DNA of 64,000 nt from NCBI GenBank assembly GCA_030704615.1, contig CM060733.1, positions 8,990,001 to 9,054,000 of the forward strand, read 5' to 3'. Made by a program: the position numbers and the translations under genes. The DNA comes from Takakia lepidozioides. Its lineage: Eukaryota > Plantae > Bryophyta. Under the pieces are notes generated by a model that saw only the letters and a program-made list of their open reading frames with translations, did not search any database and was not told the origin of the DNA. This document shows positions 12,074 through 23,804 of this stretch, piece by piece (position 1 is the first letter of the stretch; each line of letters opens with the position of its first letter).

Positions 12074-12951
12074 TTTTTGTCACTCACCTGAAATTATCAA
12101 CCCATCTCCCTGTCAAAGGATTTCTCTGGGACCAGAAATTGATTTCTTAGAGAATCTCAAAGCTCTCGCAAAATCAAGCTGAATGGAGATCTTGCCAGCT
12201 TGAAGAATGCTCAACTTGATTATGACTCATAAGACAGTAATGTTGAGTAGTCAGGCGACGGCAAATGTAACCAAGACTTGACCTTATTACTTGAATAAGA
12301 AAGTTAACCAAGCTAAGTGCAAGTTCACTTACATTACTAACAGTCTTTGGAACCTTAGACTGAAATAATTAAAGACTTTTTGAGGTGAATCTAAGCATTA
12401 AAGTGACATTTTCTAATACTGTGAGGTTGTTGCCAGTGATTGTTACTCATCCCCTTCTTCTTCATCTCCGTGAACCCCAAATTTGCCTAGGGGTTAAAAT
12501 TCTCTTTTCCTCAACGTGCGTCCTCAATTTGTTGCACAAAACCCTTGTGCAGCTCAAAGTATTTATAGGGAGGCACTGCAGGCATCTCACCAAGAGGACG
12601 CATCGCCCACTTTTTGTTTTTTTCAAAGGTAAACGCCTGGGAGCAACATTGCCCACTGCTCTCTACACTCCACAGACTGTTCAAACGTTAAAATGCCGCC
12701 CTCTTTGCATCTTTTCAGGTCAATTCATAAAGCCAGGCTCGAAAACCCATCACCATAAAATGGGGCGCTATTGCCTTCAAACCATCATGCCCGCATTACA
12801 GATGCATGGTCAAGATATGAATTCAGAGTATACTAAGGGTATGTATTTCTGGAGTCCATGCATCACTACAACAGCTCTATCTGTGCTTCATTTATGCTAA
12901 TCTCTCTTCTACCTTTATACTTGAGGTTTGTATTGATTTAATGAGGGTTCA

Positions 12952-13674
12952 TGTTCCAGTTTTGGTTTTCTAGTGGGGGCTTGTGCAGAGCAAAAACCCA
13001 CCAAACCTCTAGGATGGGGGCCTATAAAGGTCAGGATCCACCAATTGCCCCCCAGGAACTGCCCCTAGCAAGGAATAGCAAGGGAATGGTTCCAGGGACA
13101 CCCTTATAAGCACCGCTCCTAACGATGTGCCAACCTTCTAATCAATCTATTTAAATCAATGGTCTTCAATGGCCTTCCATGAGGCTGCGGCCCCGCAAGA
13201 GAAACAAAAAATACTATTTCGGTATGTAGGGGAGGCCTTGAAGAGCTGTGTTTCTTTAATGCCCCCTAGAGATGGACCTATCTTTAGATTAGCCAACTTG
13301 TTTTATTATAACAGCTAGTTTAGGATTAGAAGATATTCAAGATGGCCGCTGATGTGTGATGCTCATGGGATATAATCTGGACAGCCCGTCAGGTGTTGAC
13401 ACCTGTTATTCTTGTTGAGCCATTTGGCATTTCTATTTAAACAGAGCTTTAGGGCCCTTGGGGTGGTTGATTTTGGTTTCAACAGTGTACTACTCCCAAT
13501 GTATTGGAGTGGAGTATGTAGATGAACTGTGTGTATTGAGCTTTTGATGCTAGATTTTGTTGTGTCCTCTTGTGAAAGATTTTGTACTCTTGGCAGGCAG
13601 GCTTTGCTGAGCAAGCATCCTTGTTTTGTACTAAGCCGGTAGAGGAAGGGGAATAATCCCCTCGCACCAGAATA
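12952..13674 (+). mobile_element. Putative 5' LTR of an old LTR retrotransposon
   Basis: Begins TGTTC and ends GAATA (read as decayed GAACA), immediately before a tRNA PBS; left boundary is inferred. Confidence 0.45.
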
Positions 13675-13675
13675 T

Positions 13676-13693
13676 TGGTGGAGATGTGGGGTA
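13676..13693 (+). promoter_or_regulatory. Primer-binding site complementary to the tRNA-Ala 3' end
   Basis: TGGTGGAGATGTGGGGTA versus expected TGGTGGAGATGCGGGGTA (one CpG>TpG change). Confidence 0.65.
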
Positions 13694-14507
13694 ACTAAAT
13701 ATGTTAGCAGAAGAATGTTTGTCGTACGATACACCTCATAGTCAGTAGATTTTGTCCTAGCAAGGGTATGATTGCGATGACAGGGTATAGCTGAGAGAGA
13801 CGAACTGCTATGCTCTTGCGCTTTCCTGCACACTGCACTCCTAACAAGCATCAGCTATGGCCTCCAGCTCTGATCTGATTGACTCTGACCCTGAGGTGTT
13901 TGAAGTTCATATCATTGAGCGCGTCCCAATTTTGAAGCAGTGTACGTCCATGAGCTTGCACTACATCAAATTGGGGGGGGGGGCGCGGCTTGCGACGCCA
14001 GCCGCGCCCCCACGCCCCGCGCGGCGCTGAGCCTGTGTCGCCAACCCCGCGGCGCTTTTTTGCGACGCCCAGCCGTAGCAAGGTGGCATGAAGGGGAAAG
14101 GGACCCCCACTGCGACGGGTTTTTTTTTTTCTTCCGACGTCCCGGCGTCGCAATACCGAAAAAATAAAAAAAAATTGGGCGTTGCGACGCCGGGGCGTCG
14201 CAACGACATCGTCACAATAGGTGTTTGTTTTTTTTGTTTTGTTTTTTGGGCTTTGCGGCCCTCAACGTCACAAAAACATCGCTAGGGGCGCTCCGCGCTG
14301 GGACACCCAACACTGCGATGTCAGGGGGTCGCAACGGTGTTGTAGGTCATCACAACGACGTCGTTTGGGGCGCTTGGCGATGGGGCTGTAACAACGGCGA
14401 CGACGACGTGGCTATGGCTGGGGCTGGGCACTAAGGCTGTGGAGGTTGCAACTCCCCGGTGTCACAAGAGGGAACCCCTTAGAAAGAACTTGAAAGAAAT
14501 CTTGATA

Positions 14508-15230
14508 TGTCGCACACCTCAGTTCGGTAAACTCCCCTTCAAGTCATAGTTACTCGCTTTGATGCGCGCGCCTGACTCCCAACCTGGCCGCCGGGCCAAC
14601 TTGGAGTTTCGGCTGCTCACCGGGACATAATGGTCCCCTTCCGCTTCCCTCTAAACCCTCCACCTATTTGGGACTAGGAGAATTCCCTTTGGTAGATGGC
14701 AGTCCGGAACAGCTCCCCACTCTTTGGTCGCTTTCCGGCTCGCTCGCTTACTCACTAGTTTTTGGTCACCAACGGGCTTGCACCGTTCTCGGGGTTACTA
14801 CTCCCTATATATACTTCTGTAGCTGTCCGCGGGGGTTTCATAACCAGCCATGCCATTTTATGGCGAACCACCACGAAAACCCTCGACTCCCGGTGGTGAG
14901 TCGCGGTGAGTCTTGGCCCACTCACCGCGGCCCCAATGGACCGTGATGAGTCCCAAGACTCCCCACGACTCCCACCTCGAGGTCTCCACCCCATGGTGGT
15001 CCTATGCCACCCCCACTAAGTCCCACTAAGCTACCACCACCCCTTGTGGAGCCACCTCCACCGCAACCCGGTGTGCGGGGCTCCACCTAGTGAGCGCCTC
15101 CGCCTCCTTGAGTGCCTTGGGCACTCAAGGGTGCTTCAGCCCCCCATACCTATCGCTGCCGCTGCCCCCACCACAGGGGCAGCCCCTCATGTGTCCCGAC
15201 CCCCTGCCCTCAAGGCAAAGGGCCGCGACA
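14508..15230 (-). repeat. 3' LTR (723 bp)
   Basis: Differs from 20753-21477 by four single-base indels as far as I can see. Confidence 0.95.
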
Positions 15231-15245
15231 CACACCCCTACCAAC
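15231..15245 (-). promoter_or_regulatory. Polypurine tract
   Basis: GTTGGTAGGGGTGTG abutting the 3' LTR on the - strand. Confidence 0.75.
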
Positions 15246-16135
15246 AGGGAGTCGATGTCCTCATCGACTTGTCCATTTTGTAGAAACGAACATCCAAGTT
15301 GTGGCGTCCCACATCAAGGAGTTTGTTTCCGTACCATGGCGTCCCATGGCAAAGAACCAAACCCCACACTTGACTCCACTCTCCACTAGCTAGTTCGGCC
15401 GACTTCCTCCAAGTCCCGGCCAAGGGTGGAGCCTCTCCAGCTCCTCCCAGTGCACCTTCTTGGCCTACTTCAAGGCCAAGGAACGATCCTCCCCGAGGAT
15501 CGAATCGCCTTACTGCAACAACATTGCTTGCGATCGCTCATGATGCCGCTTTTGGCATCACCTTGAGCAAGGGTTCACCTGGAACCCTCTTTGACTAGGA
15601 AGATAACCTTGAACCAACCGTGCACCCCAATCACTACAATTGGGTCCGCCTTGGAATGCTGGCCTGAGGTACGGGAACACGCCGAAGCCGCACTACGACT
15701 TCGTCCCGAGGCTACACGATTATAGTACGTGAACGGAAGCACGTAGCTTCCGCGTTAGCCCGCACTACAAGGCAACCCCCTCGGTAGCGCAGTTATAGTA
15801 CGCGCGCGCGCCAGGTGCGCACTAGCACTTGAACTCCCAAATAAGACGCAAGTTTCCTTGCCCCTTGGATGGGAGTCACCCGATTTCGGCACTGCGCAAA
15901 CACACGATTAACCCAATTTACCTCTCCCACTTTTGTAAGCTAGCATGCATTCTACACACCAGCCAACCATACCATGCATCACCATTCCAAACACAATAGG
16001 ACGCACAATATTTGGAACCCATTTCCTTTATCACAAATTTTTGTACAATACAAGTTTTTGCAATCGGATTCCTGAGCTAGCTAAACCGGGCTAAGCATGC
16101 ATTTCCTCCCCCACGCTCCAAGGTTGATGTCCCCA

Positions 16136-16534
16136 TCAACGCTTCTTCCGCTTTTGAGGTCGCCCTTCGAACGCTGCAACTGCCTCGGATGCGTTTCCCA
16201 TTTCTGAGGCACGCACCCAAGATGCCTCCACAAGATGATAGCCCTTCCATTTGACGAGATACTCCGTTTCTCGGTTCTTGAACCTCCTCGACTTAAGTAT
16301 TGCCTCCACCTCGTACTCGGGTTCATTTTCATGATCCAACAGCATAGGTGGCGGACGCAACACTTGCTGCCGATTCGGACGTGCTTCATCTTTGAAGTAA
16401 GGCTTCAAAAGGGAGACATGGAATACTGGGTGCACCTTGCTGTTTGCTGGCAGCTCCAATTCATACACATCCTCATTCATAACCCTCCGAATGCGAAAGG
16501 GACCCGCATACGGAGGTACGAACTTCGGACTCAT
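16136..16534 (-). CDS. Integrase C-terminus (GPF motif) and classical chromodomain, frameshifted from pol
   Basis: PPYAGPFRI...[13 protein letters not shown]...[10 protein letters not shown]...EYLVKWKGY...ASW. Confidence 0.85.
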   Translation of the reverse strand: MSPKFVPPYAGPFRIRRVMNEDVYELELPANSKVHPVFHVSLLKPYFKDEARPNRQQVLRPPPMLLDHENEPEYEVEAILKSRRFKNRETEYLVKWKGYHLVEASWVRASEMGNASEAVAAFEGRPQKRKKR

Positions 16535-19500
16535 TTCCGGAGGTAGTCAAAATTCTTGATGTTCAACCAGACCTCTGTGCCTGCCTCAAACTTCACTTCC
16601 CTCCGCTTCCGATTCGCCTGCCTTTCATACCGTTTCCTAGCTTTGGCAATGTTGTACTTTGCGAGCTTCAACAAACGCTCGCGTTCTTCCAGTACCGCCG
16701 CTACTGCCGGTTCCTCAACGTCCTGGGCGGCCCAACTTGTCGGCACCAGAGGTGCTTTTCCATAGACCAATACAAAAGGGGAAACTCCCGTCGCGGAGTG
16801 TTCTGTGTTATTATAACAGAACTCTGCCGCGTCTAAGTGTTCCATCCAGTCTGATTGGTCTGCCGACACGTAATTCCGCAAGAATTGCTTCACTACGGAA
16901 TTCACTCTTTCCGTTTGGCCGTCCGTCGTAGGTCGGAAGGCGGTGCTCATCTTCAGCCTCGTCCCCATCTTCTTCCAAAGTGCTCTCCAGAATTTACTCG
17001 TAAACTTTGGGTCGCGGTCCGAGACAATATCCTTCGGGACTCCATGATGCTTTAAGACGTGGGCGAAGTAAAGTCGCCATGTCTCCTGCGCAGTAGCCGT
17101 CTCCTTGGTGGGGATGAAATGGGCCATTTTACTGAACCTATCTACCACCACCATGATTGCATCGAATCCTTTTGACAGCGGCATAGCAGTCATGAAATCC
17201 ATCGAGACGCTTTCCCAAGTCCCCTCTGGAATCGGCAAGGGTTGTAACAGCCCCGCTTGCTTTTTATACTCGCTCCGGTTTTGTTGGCATGTGGTGCATG
17301 TCTTTACATACTCCTCTGCCTCCTCCCTCAGTTTGGGCCAGAAATACTCTTTCTTCAAGAGTGCCGCAGTGCGCTTGGCTCCACCGTGGCCCGCAAGCGG
17401 GCTATCATGGCATTCTCTCAAGAGACTATCCCTGATCCCTCCCTTTGGCACATAGAGACGTTTTTGCTTATACCGGAGCAGTCCGTTTTGCAAGTGGAAC
17501 TGCGATTTAACCCCCATTCTCAAGTTCTGCATCACGCACTTTGCCAGCTCATCCTTCCGGCAAGCCTTCCGGATCTTCCTTTGGAGCGCCGTCTCGCCCT
17601 TGTACACCAACAAGAGCTGCTGCTTTCTACTTAAAGCATCGGCCACCACATTGTCCCGTCCCGGTTTGTACTGGATATCCACGTCGAACACTACCAAAGT
17701 ATCTTGCCACCTAAGTTGTTTTGGGGACAACTTGGGCTGCGTGGCAAAATACTTCACCGTGACATTGTCCGTGAACACCTTCACTGGGTTGGAACCAACA
17801 TAGTGGCGCCAGAGTTCAAGGCAATGTACCACCGCCTTCATCTCTTTTTCGTGCGTCGGCCACCGTCGCTCCACTTCATTCAGTTTCTTACTTTCGTAAG
17901 CCACTGGACGTCCATCTTGCATAAGTACACCCCCAATTGCGAAGTCCGATGCATCTGTATGAATCTCAAACGGACGATCGAACTCCGGGATTTTTAAGAC
18001 TGGAGCTTCCGTCATCCGCTGCTTCAATTCAGCAAAAGCTTGGCCACAAAATGTGTTCCATACCCAGACTTTGGATTTACACAGAAGGTCCGACAGCGGC
18101 CCCGCGATCTTGGCGAAATTTCTCACATACTTCCGGTAATAGGAGGCGAGTCCTAGGAAGGATCGCACTCCCGGGACCGAAGTCGGAGGCTCCCAGTCCA
18201 AGATCGCCCTCACCTTTCTGTCATCCATTTTGATCCCATCCTGTGTAATCACGTGCCCCAAGAACTCCACTTTTGTGACCCCGAATTCGCACTTTGAAGC
18301 TTTGGCATACAGCTTCCCTTCTCGCAATTTTTGGAACACCCTTTTGAGGTGCTCCAGGTGCTCCTCCTTTGTTTTCGAGTACACCAAGATGTCGTCGATG
18401 TACACGATCACAAAGTCATCCAACCACTCCTGGAAAAGGCTGTTCATCAGCGTGCTAAATGTCGCTGGTGCATTGGTGAGCCCAAAAGGCATCACCAAGA
18501 ACTCATATGAACCATACCTTGTCCTGCACGCGGTCTTCTCCTCATCTCCTTCCGCCACCCAAATTTGGTGATAGCCGGAGCGCAAGTCGATCCGGCTGAA
18601 ATACTTCGCTCCTGCCAACCGATCGAAGAGGTCGTCGATCCTTGGCAAAGGGTACCGGTTTTTGATAGTCACCTTATTCAGAGCCCTGTAATCGACACAC
18701 ATCCGCAGCGTCCCATCCTTCTTGTCTGCAAATAGCACCGGGGCTCCGTAAGGTGACTTACTCGGCCGGATGTACCCCTTTGACATTAGATCTTTGAGCT
18801 GAGTCTTCAGCTCGACCAACTCTTTGTGGCTCAACCGGTAGGGCGCCTTGGCAGGCGGTTCCGATCCCGGTATCACCTCAATTTTGTGGTCAACTCCTCT
18901 TCGCGGTGGCAAGCCGCTTGGTAAATCCTCCGGCATCACATCCTGGTATTTCTCCAAAATCCCCTTGATCCAATCTGGGCTCGGCTCCCCATCGCCTTCT
19001 CCTTTCACTTCTCTAATGTAAAGCAAAAACTGGGACTCGTGTGTCTCCTCCACGGCCCACTCCTTTGCTGATAGAAGGTTTATTCGCCCTCCCACGGATT
19101 TGGGCGTTTCCGACACTCGTAAAACCTCGCCACCATTCCCACATGGCAGCGTGACTACTCTCTTGCGGCCATCTATGACCGCTCCGGATTTGCTCAAAAA
19201 GGTCATTCCCAAAATGAGATCCACTCCATCGATCTCGCAGATAGTGAAGTTCTCACGTCCCTCCCAACTCCCCAGTTGAAGAGGAACATCAAACGCCAAC
19301 CTTGTCGCCAACTGAGGTTCTCCTTTGGCAGAGCGCACCTCAATAGAGGCCCCCACGTCACTTGTCGGGAGTCCCAACTTTCGCGCCGCCGCCGGCGTCA
19401 TGAAGGAGTGCGACGCTCCTGTGTCCACCAACAACGACACATTAGTTCCGGATATTATCCCATCCACGAACAATAACTGACTCCCTTTTCGTAAGGCGCC

Positions 19501-20697
19501 AGTTTCCTGATACAACTCACAAGAAAATTTGCCTACCTTGCAAGTCCTGGCGACCACCGCTTCCACCAAGCGACTGATGGTATCTTCCGACAGCTCCGTG
19601 GTCGCCCGAGTCATGTTCAATTGCCGGGGCTTCGTGCACTTCTTGGCCATGTGCCCGGGCTCCCCGCAATTGAAACACACTCCATCAAAGGTCGCCTTCT
19701 GTCCGCCATAAGTCGCTCCACCCGCTTTTCCTTTCGAAGCACCGGGTGCCGCCTTGACGTGTGAAGGACCTCCCTTCGATTTCCACGTGCCATTTTCGCC
19801 GCGTGGCCTATCCCACTTCTTTTCCGGTCGGGAGGAGTCACCTTCCCGCCGGGTCTTCTTGTGGTTCAGCTCCGTACGGCCTTGTCTCTCACCCCTAGGG
19901 ACATCCGAGAAACATTCAGCTCTCTCAATTGCCTCGTTCAAAGTCTTGGGTGGCTTCTCCTCCAACTTCCGCCTAGCCCATGGGGCCAGTCCCGCCACAA
20001 AGTTGAAGACCATTTCTGGTTCTGCCATGTCCGCGACTTCGAGCAACAGCACATTGAAAGCCTGGACATACCCCCGAATGTCATCTGTTTGCTTCAAATT
20101 CCTCATCTTGTCCCGGGCAAGCCAGGATGCGTTGAGGGGCACAAACTGTCTCTTCATCAATTCCTTGAACTCACTCCAGTTCAAGGTTTCCGGGCTTGGG
20201 CCTCGGTCGTGAAGGCGTTTCTGCCACCATTGTTGAGCATAGCCCCTCAAATAGGTGGGAGCCACTTCCACCCGATCCTCGTCACTCAACTTGGCCGCCC
20301 GGAAGTACTGCTCTAGCTCCAGGAGCCAGGTGTTGAGTGCCTTCCGGTTTCGAACGCCCTCGAAGGTGCCGGGTTCCTTAGGCTTCACCTTAAACTTTGC
20401 CTTGGTGGAAGTGGCATTAGCCGCCTTCAACACGTCTTTCAACGTCCCACCAAACTGCGCCAACAACCCTTCCCAAAAGGCTGCCGGCATGGGAGGCATC
20501 TCTTGGTTTGTCGGAGCTCTCAAAGATTCCTCGGGCTCCGACTCCTCGGATTCCTCCCGCTCCTGAGCGGCCTCGTTTTCGGAAACATTAATCGCTTCCT
20601 CAAACGGCCGCCTTGGTGACACGTCGCCCCCATCGGGCTCACCGGGATCATCATCTTTTGGGCCGTTCCGCTTTCGCTTCGGCTTGCCCGACCCCAT
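16531..20697 (-). CDS. Gag-Pol polyprotein (gag, CCHC knuckle, protease, RT, RNase H, integrase)
   Basis: First ATG after the PBS at 20697 (MGSGK). [14 protein letters not shown]; [11 protein letters not shown]; YIDDILVYS; [14 protein letters not shown]; HDSPLAGH...CTTC; SMDFM...SDRD...GQTERVN. Confidence 0.93.
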   Translation of the reverse strand: MGSGKPKRKRNGPKDDDPGEPDGGDVSPRRPFEEAINVSENEAAQEREESEESEPEESLRAPTNQEMPPMPAAFWEGLLAQFGGTLKDVLKAANATSTKAKFKVKPKEPGTFEGVRNRKALNTWLLELEQYFRAAKLSDEDRVEVAPTYLRGYAQQWWQKRLHDRGPSPETLNWSEFKELMKRQFVPLNASWLARDKMRNLKQTDDIRGYVQAFNVLLLEVADMAEPEMVFNFVAGLAPWARRKLEEKPPKTLNEAIERAECFSDVPRGERQGRTELNHKKTRREGDSSRPEKKWDRPRGENGTWKSKGGPSHVKAAPGASKGKAGGATYGGQKATFDGVCFNCGEPGHMAKKCTKPRQLNMTRATTELSEDTISRLVEAVVARTCKVGKFSCELYQETGALRKGSQLLFVDGIISGTNVSLLVDTGASHSFMTPAAARKLGLPTSDVGASIEVRSAKGEPQLATRLAFDVPLQLGSWEGRENFTICEIDGVDLILGMTFLSKSGAVIDGRKRVVTLPCGNGGEVLRVSETPKSVGGRINLLSAKEWAVEETHESQFLLYIREVKGEGDGEPSPDWIKGILEKYQDVMPEDLPSGLPPRRGVDHKIEVIPGSEPPAKAPYRLSHKELVELKTQLKDLMSKGYIRPSKSPYGAPVLFADKKDGTLRMCVDYRALNKVTIKNRYPLPRIDDLFDRLAGAKYFSRIDLRSGYHQIWVAEGDEEKTACRTRYGSYEFLVMPFGLTNAPATFSTLMNSLFQEWLDDFVIVYIDDILVYSKTKEEHLEHLKRVFQKLREGKLYAKASKCEFGVTKVEFLGHVITQDGIKMDDRKVRAILDWEPPTSVPGVRSFLGLASYYRKYVRNFAKIAGPLSDLLCKSKVWVWNTFCGQAFAELKQRMTEAPVLKIPEFDRPFEIHTDASDFAIGGVLMQDGRPVAYESKKLNEVERRWPTHEKEMKAVVHCLELWRHYVGSNPVKVFTDNVTVKYFATQPKLSPKQLRWQDTLVVFDVDIQYKPGRDNVVADALSRKQQLLLVYKGETALQRKIRKACRKDELAKCVMQNLRMGVKSQFHLQNGLLRYKQKRLYVPKGGIRDSLLRECHDSPLAGHGGAKRTAALLKKEYFWPKLREEAEEYVKTCTTCQQNRSEYKKQAGLLQPLPIPEGTWESVSMDFMTAMPLSKGFDAIMVVVDRFSKMAHFIPTKETATAQETWRLYFAHVLKHHGVPKDIVSDRDPKFTSKFWRALWKKMGTRLKMSTAFRPTTDGQTERVNSVVKQFLRNYVSADQSDWMEHLDAAEFCYNNTEHSATGVSPFVLVYGKAPLVPTSWAAQDVEEPAVAAVLEERERLLKLAKYNIAKARKRYERQANRKRREVKFEAGTEVWLNIKNFDYLRK

Positions 20698-20738
20698 GAT
20701 GAGGCCAATCCCAAGGACGATCGCGTACTGAACTCTAA

Positions 20739-20750
20739 GCTCTGATACCA
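20739..20750 (-). promoter_or_regulatory. Primer-binding site, initiator tRNA-Met
   Basis: TGGTATCAGAGC two bases downstream of the 5' LTR. Confidence 0.95.
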
Positions 20751-20752
20751 AG

Positions 20753-21477
20753 TGTCGCACACCTCAGTTCGGTAAACTCCCCTTCAAGTCATAGTTACTC
20801 GCTTTGATGCGCGCGCCTGACTCCCAACCTGGCCGCCGGGCCAACTTGGAGTTTCGGCTGCTCACCGGGACATAATGGTCCCCTTCCGCTTCCCTCTAAA
20901 CCCTCCACCTATTTGGGACTAGGAGAATTCCCTTTGGTAGATGGCAGTCCGGAACAGCTCCCCACTCTTTGGTCGCTTTCCGGCTCGCTCGCTTACTCAC
21001 TAGTTTTTGGTCACCAACGGGCTTGCACCGTTCTCGGGGTTACTACTCCCTATATATACTTCTGTAGCTGTCCGCGGGGGTTTCATAACCAGCCATGCCA
21101 TTTTATGGCGAACCACCACGAAAACCCTCGACTCCCGGTGGTGAGTCGCGGTGAGTCTTGGCCCACTCACCGCGGCCCCAATGGACCGTGATGAGTCCCA
21201 AGACTCCCCACGACTCCCACCTCGAGGTCTCCACCCCATGGTGGGTCCTATGCCACCCCCACTAAGTCCCACTAAGCTACCACCACCCCTTGTGGAGCCC
21301 ACCTCCACCGCAACCCGGTGTGCGGGGCTCCACCTAGTGAGCGCCTCCGCCTCCTTGAGTGCCTTGGGCACTCAAGGGTGCTCAGCCCCCCATACCTATC
21401 GCTGCCGCTGCCCCCACCACAGGGGCAGCCCCTCATGTGTCCCGACCCCCCTGCCCTCAAGGCAAAGGGCCGCGACA
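20753..21477 (-). repeat. 5' LTR (725 bp)
   Basis: Near-identical to 14508-15230. Confidence 0.95.
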
Positions 21478-23159
21478 TGATATGTATATATATATTTAAT
21501 TTGTTTTTGTGATACATAGATGTATCGTATGTGTGTTGGTTAGTCTGTAGTATCTTAGAATTGTTATAATGTGGAGGTCATAGGTTCAAGTATGCATTGC
21601 CTAATATATGTATAACAATGAACATATCGCCATTGGACAGAACCGGAGTCAATGGTCAACAAGTTTTTGAAATTCAAATTTCAAATTCACATTTTCTCAC
21701 CTAAATTCAAATGTACCCCTTAAACTGCGACGCCCGGACGTTGCTAATTCGGCATTGCAGAGTAGGATTTTTTTTTGTTTTTGTTTTTTCGACGTCCGAG
21801 CATCGCAAGTCGCGCCGGCGTCGCAAATTGCAGTGGCACAAAATTGCGACCCCCATCGGTCGCAAAATTGCGAAAAAAATTTGGCGATGCCTTTACGACA
21901 GCCTCTCTTCCCTGCCCGAAAAGGGCTATTTTGCGACGCCGCGGCATGGCTGCGGCGTCGAAAACCCCCCTTTTTTTTCAGTAGTATTGTTCACAAGTTG
22001 CGTCTTGAGCATTGCATCTTTGTAGAATACCCGGAAGGCGATCCGATTCCACGCCCTGAGTTAGAGCTGGACACACCATCCGAGTACTGGGTGAAGCGCA
22101 TTGAAGAAACGGATGCGCAAGAAGCTGTTAGGGTGGTCACTTCCAAGGTGGAGATGAGGCTGCAGCGCCGTAAGGTTCACGAGGCTCTACAAGGGGCTTG
22201 GGCTGGACAGCTTCTACAGTCTCTGCATGCCAAGGAAATTTCTCTCAAGATTCCTTTTGCGGAAGCAAGGAGAGGCTGCACGGGGGACAAACTCTCAATT
22301 GGGCCGAGCTCGGCATACCACAGTTTACGGTGTCCAGGGAATTAGACATTGAGCTTGAGAGATTTTTGCCTCCTCTCAAACCTAGTCCATTACGCTTGTG
22401 GGACTTTGTCAATGGAGGTTCTGCCATAATATTTGCGAATCTTCGCCCTAGAGTTCCTTCGCCTCCCACTCGGGAACCCACCTTTGAGGAAGTCGTCGTG
22501 GGGATACCTATTGGTGATTTTCCTATTGCCCTACTGATGTGCTCGTGTTTTAGATGGTGTGAACTTCAGGCAGGAGAAGGTGGGGCTTTGCAATCTCGCC
22601 ACCATTGACAGCTATCATGCGCACACATATATCCTAGTCAAGAAAAATGTTCTCCGTAGCATTGTACGAGTCACATTCTGGTTCAAGTCTGAACGAAGTG
22701 TGTACTAGTATCTGGGTGAGGGGAGGGACTGTACCTGCTCCACAAACATAAGTACATCACCTCCCATTTGTGTAGCCCATTGGGAGAAGTATCTCAGTGC
22801 CCCTTCGAACAGGTAGATTTGTTTCATTCCCCCATGCCTGTGTTTACGAGAGCTATGCTAGAAAAAGAAGCTGAAGAGATGGTTGGGCTAAGTGAGTTGA
22901 AAGCTCGTGCAGCGGAGGAGAGGGAATGGACAGCAACTAATGAACAAAATAGCCTCCCCTACAATTTGGGGGAGGCTTTTGAGTCATTCCTAGAGTTTTT
23001 TGAGATTGGCACTGAAATGAATGTTGTTCCACCTAAATTCAAAGTTAAATCCTTTCGGATTTGCCTCAAGGGCGAAGGTAGGAAGCTTTTTGAGTCCGAC
23101 ATCAAGAACAAGATTACACCACTCCTGACTTGAAGTTCCAATATGATGACAGTGTATGA

Positions 23160-23500
23160 AAGAAAAACAAACAACCTAACCCAGTACCATATGAAAAAAA
23201 ACAAAAATAAAATAAAAACTAAGAACCCCAAAAGGCCATAAACCCTAAACCCAAAAAGGCCGGCCGTCGCCGCCTGCGACACCCTCGTTTTTTCAATTTT
23301 TCACGTCAGGGGTCGCATGCCGCGACGGAAAGCCGTCACGGGCGGCGACGTATTTTTTTTATTTGTGGGGCGAGGGGTCGCAAGCAGCGACGGCCCGCCG
23401 TCGCAAACACCATTTTTACATTTCAAAAAAAGGGCGGGGTGCAGGCGTGCGACGGCCGGGAGTCGCACATAGGCGCCGTGCCCTTTTTTTTTCCTTAGTT
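23160..23500 (+). mobile_element. Truncated CACTA subterminal region (GCGACG family), no TIR seen
   Basis: Homologous to ~46395-46700 (ccccagtaccatatgaaaa...aagaacccc...aaaccctaaacc...gccgtcgc). Confidence 0.6.
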
Positions 23501-23804
23501 CTTGAAGCACCTCCTTCCCCTCCCGTTTTCGTTTGTTCTTTGGGAGAGAGAGAGTTTAGAGAGTAGGGTTTAGGGTGGAGGAGAAACGCACTTGCCGCCC
23601 CAAGGAGTTTGCCCCAATGCCCTTCCAACGCCCTTCCAACGCCCACGGTAAGCACCACCTTCTCCCTCACCTTTTCTCTTGCTCTCTTGCCCTAAGCACG
23701 GGCTGAATTCTCTCTCCCATGTGTGGTAGAACGCCGCGCAGAGGCGGGATCTAAACAAAACAAAACAAAACAAAACAAAACAAAGTGGGGGGGGTGACTG
23801 AGCA

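Larger units (their letters stand above)
14508..21477 (-). mobile_element. Full-length Ty3/gypsy chromovirus, Galadriel-like
   Basis: Paired LTRs TGTCGC...GCGACA; 5-bp TSD TGATA (14503-14507 and 21478-21482); tRNA-iMet PBS; PPT; gag-PR-RT-RH-IN-chromodomain order. The empty site tcttgatatgtatatata is seen in a related CACTA copy at ~26230-26248 (- strand). Clade assigned by motif resemblance only. Confidence 0.95.
13959..21986 (+). mobile_element. Non-autonomous CACTA element (~1.05 kb without the nested LTR element), GCGACG-subterminal-repeat family
   Basis: Left end CACTACATCAAATTGGGG at 13959; right end TTTTCAGTAGTA (terminal G>A) at 21986; 3-bp TSD TTG; dense GCGACG/CGTCGC motifs at both ends. 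Confidence 0.85.
13857..23133 (+). pseudogene. Decayed gag-like ORF of the tRNA-Ala-primed element, split by the 13959-21986 insertion
   Basis: Removing the insertion and one TSD joins ...FEAVYVHEL|VHKLRLEHCIFVEYPEGD in frame. Downstream pieces include FESFLEFFE...KVKSFRICLKGEGRKLF. Product identity is inferred from position after the PBS. Confidence 0.45.

Noticed and set aside
14870-14960. Hammerhead ribozyme in the LTR (gtgatgag and cgaaa nearby)
   Set aside because: The core reads GUGAUGA rather than CUGANGA, and I could not build the three stems.
16531-16560. Programmed ribosomal frameshift into the chromodomain
   Set aside because: No clear slippery heptamer with a stimulatory structure; restoring one base gives the expected NFRLP sequence.
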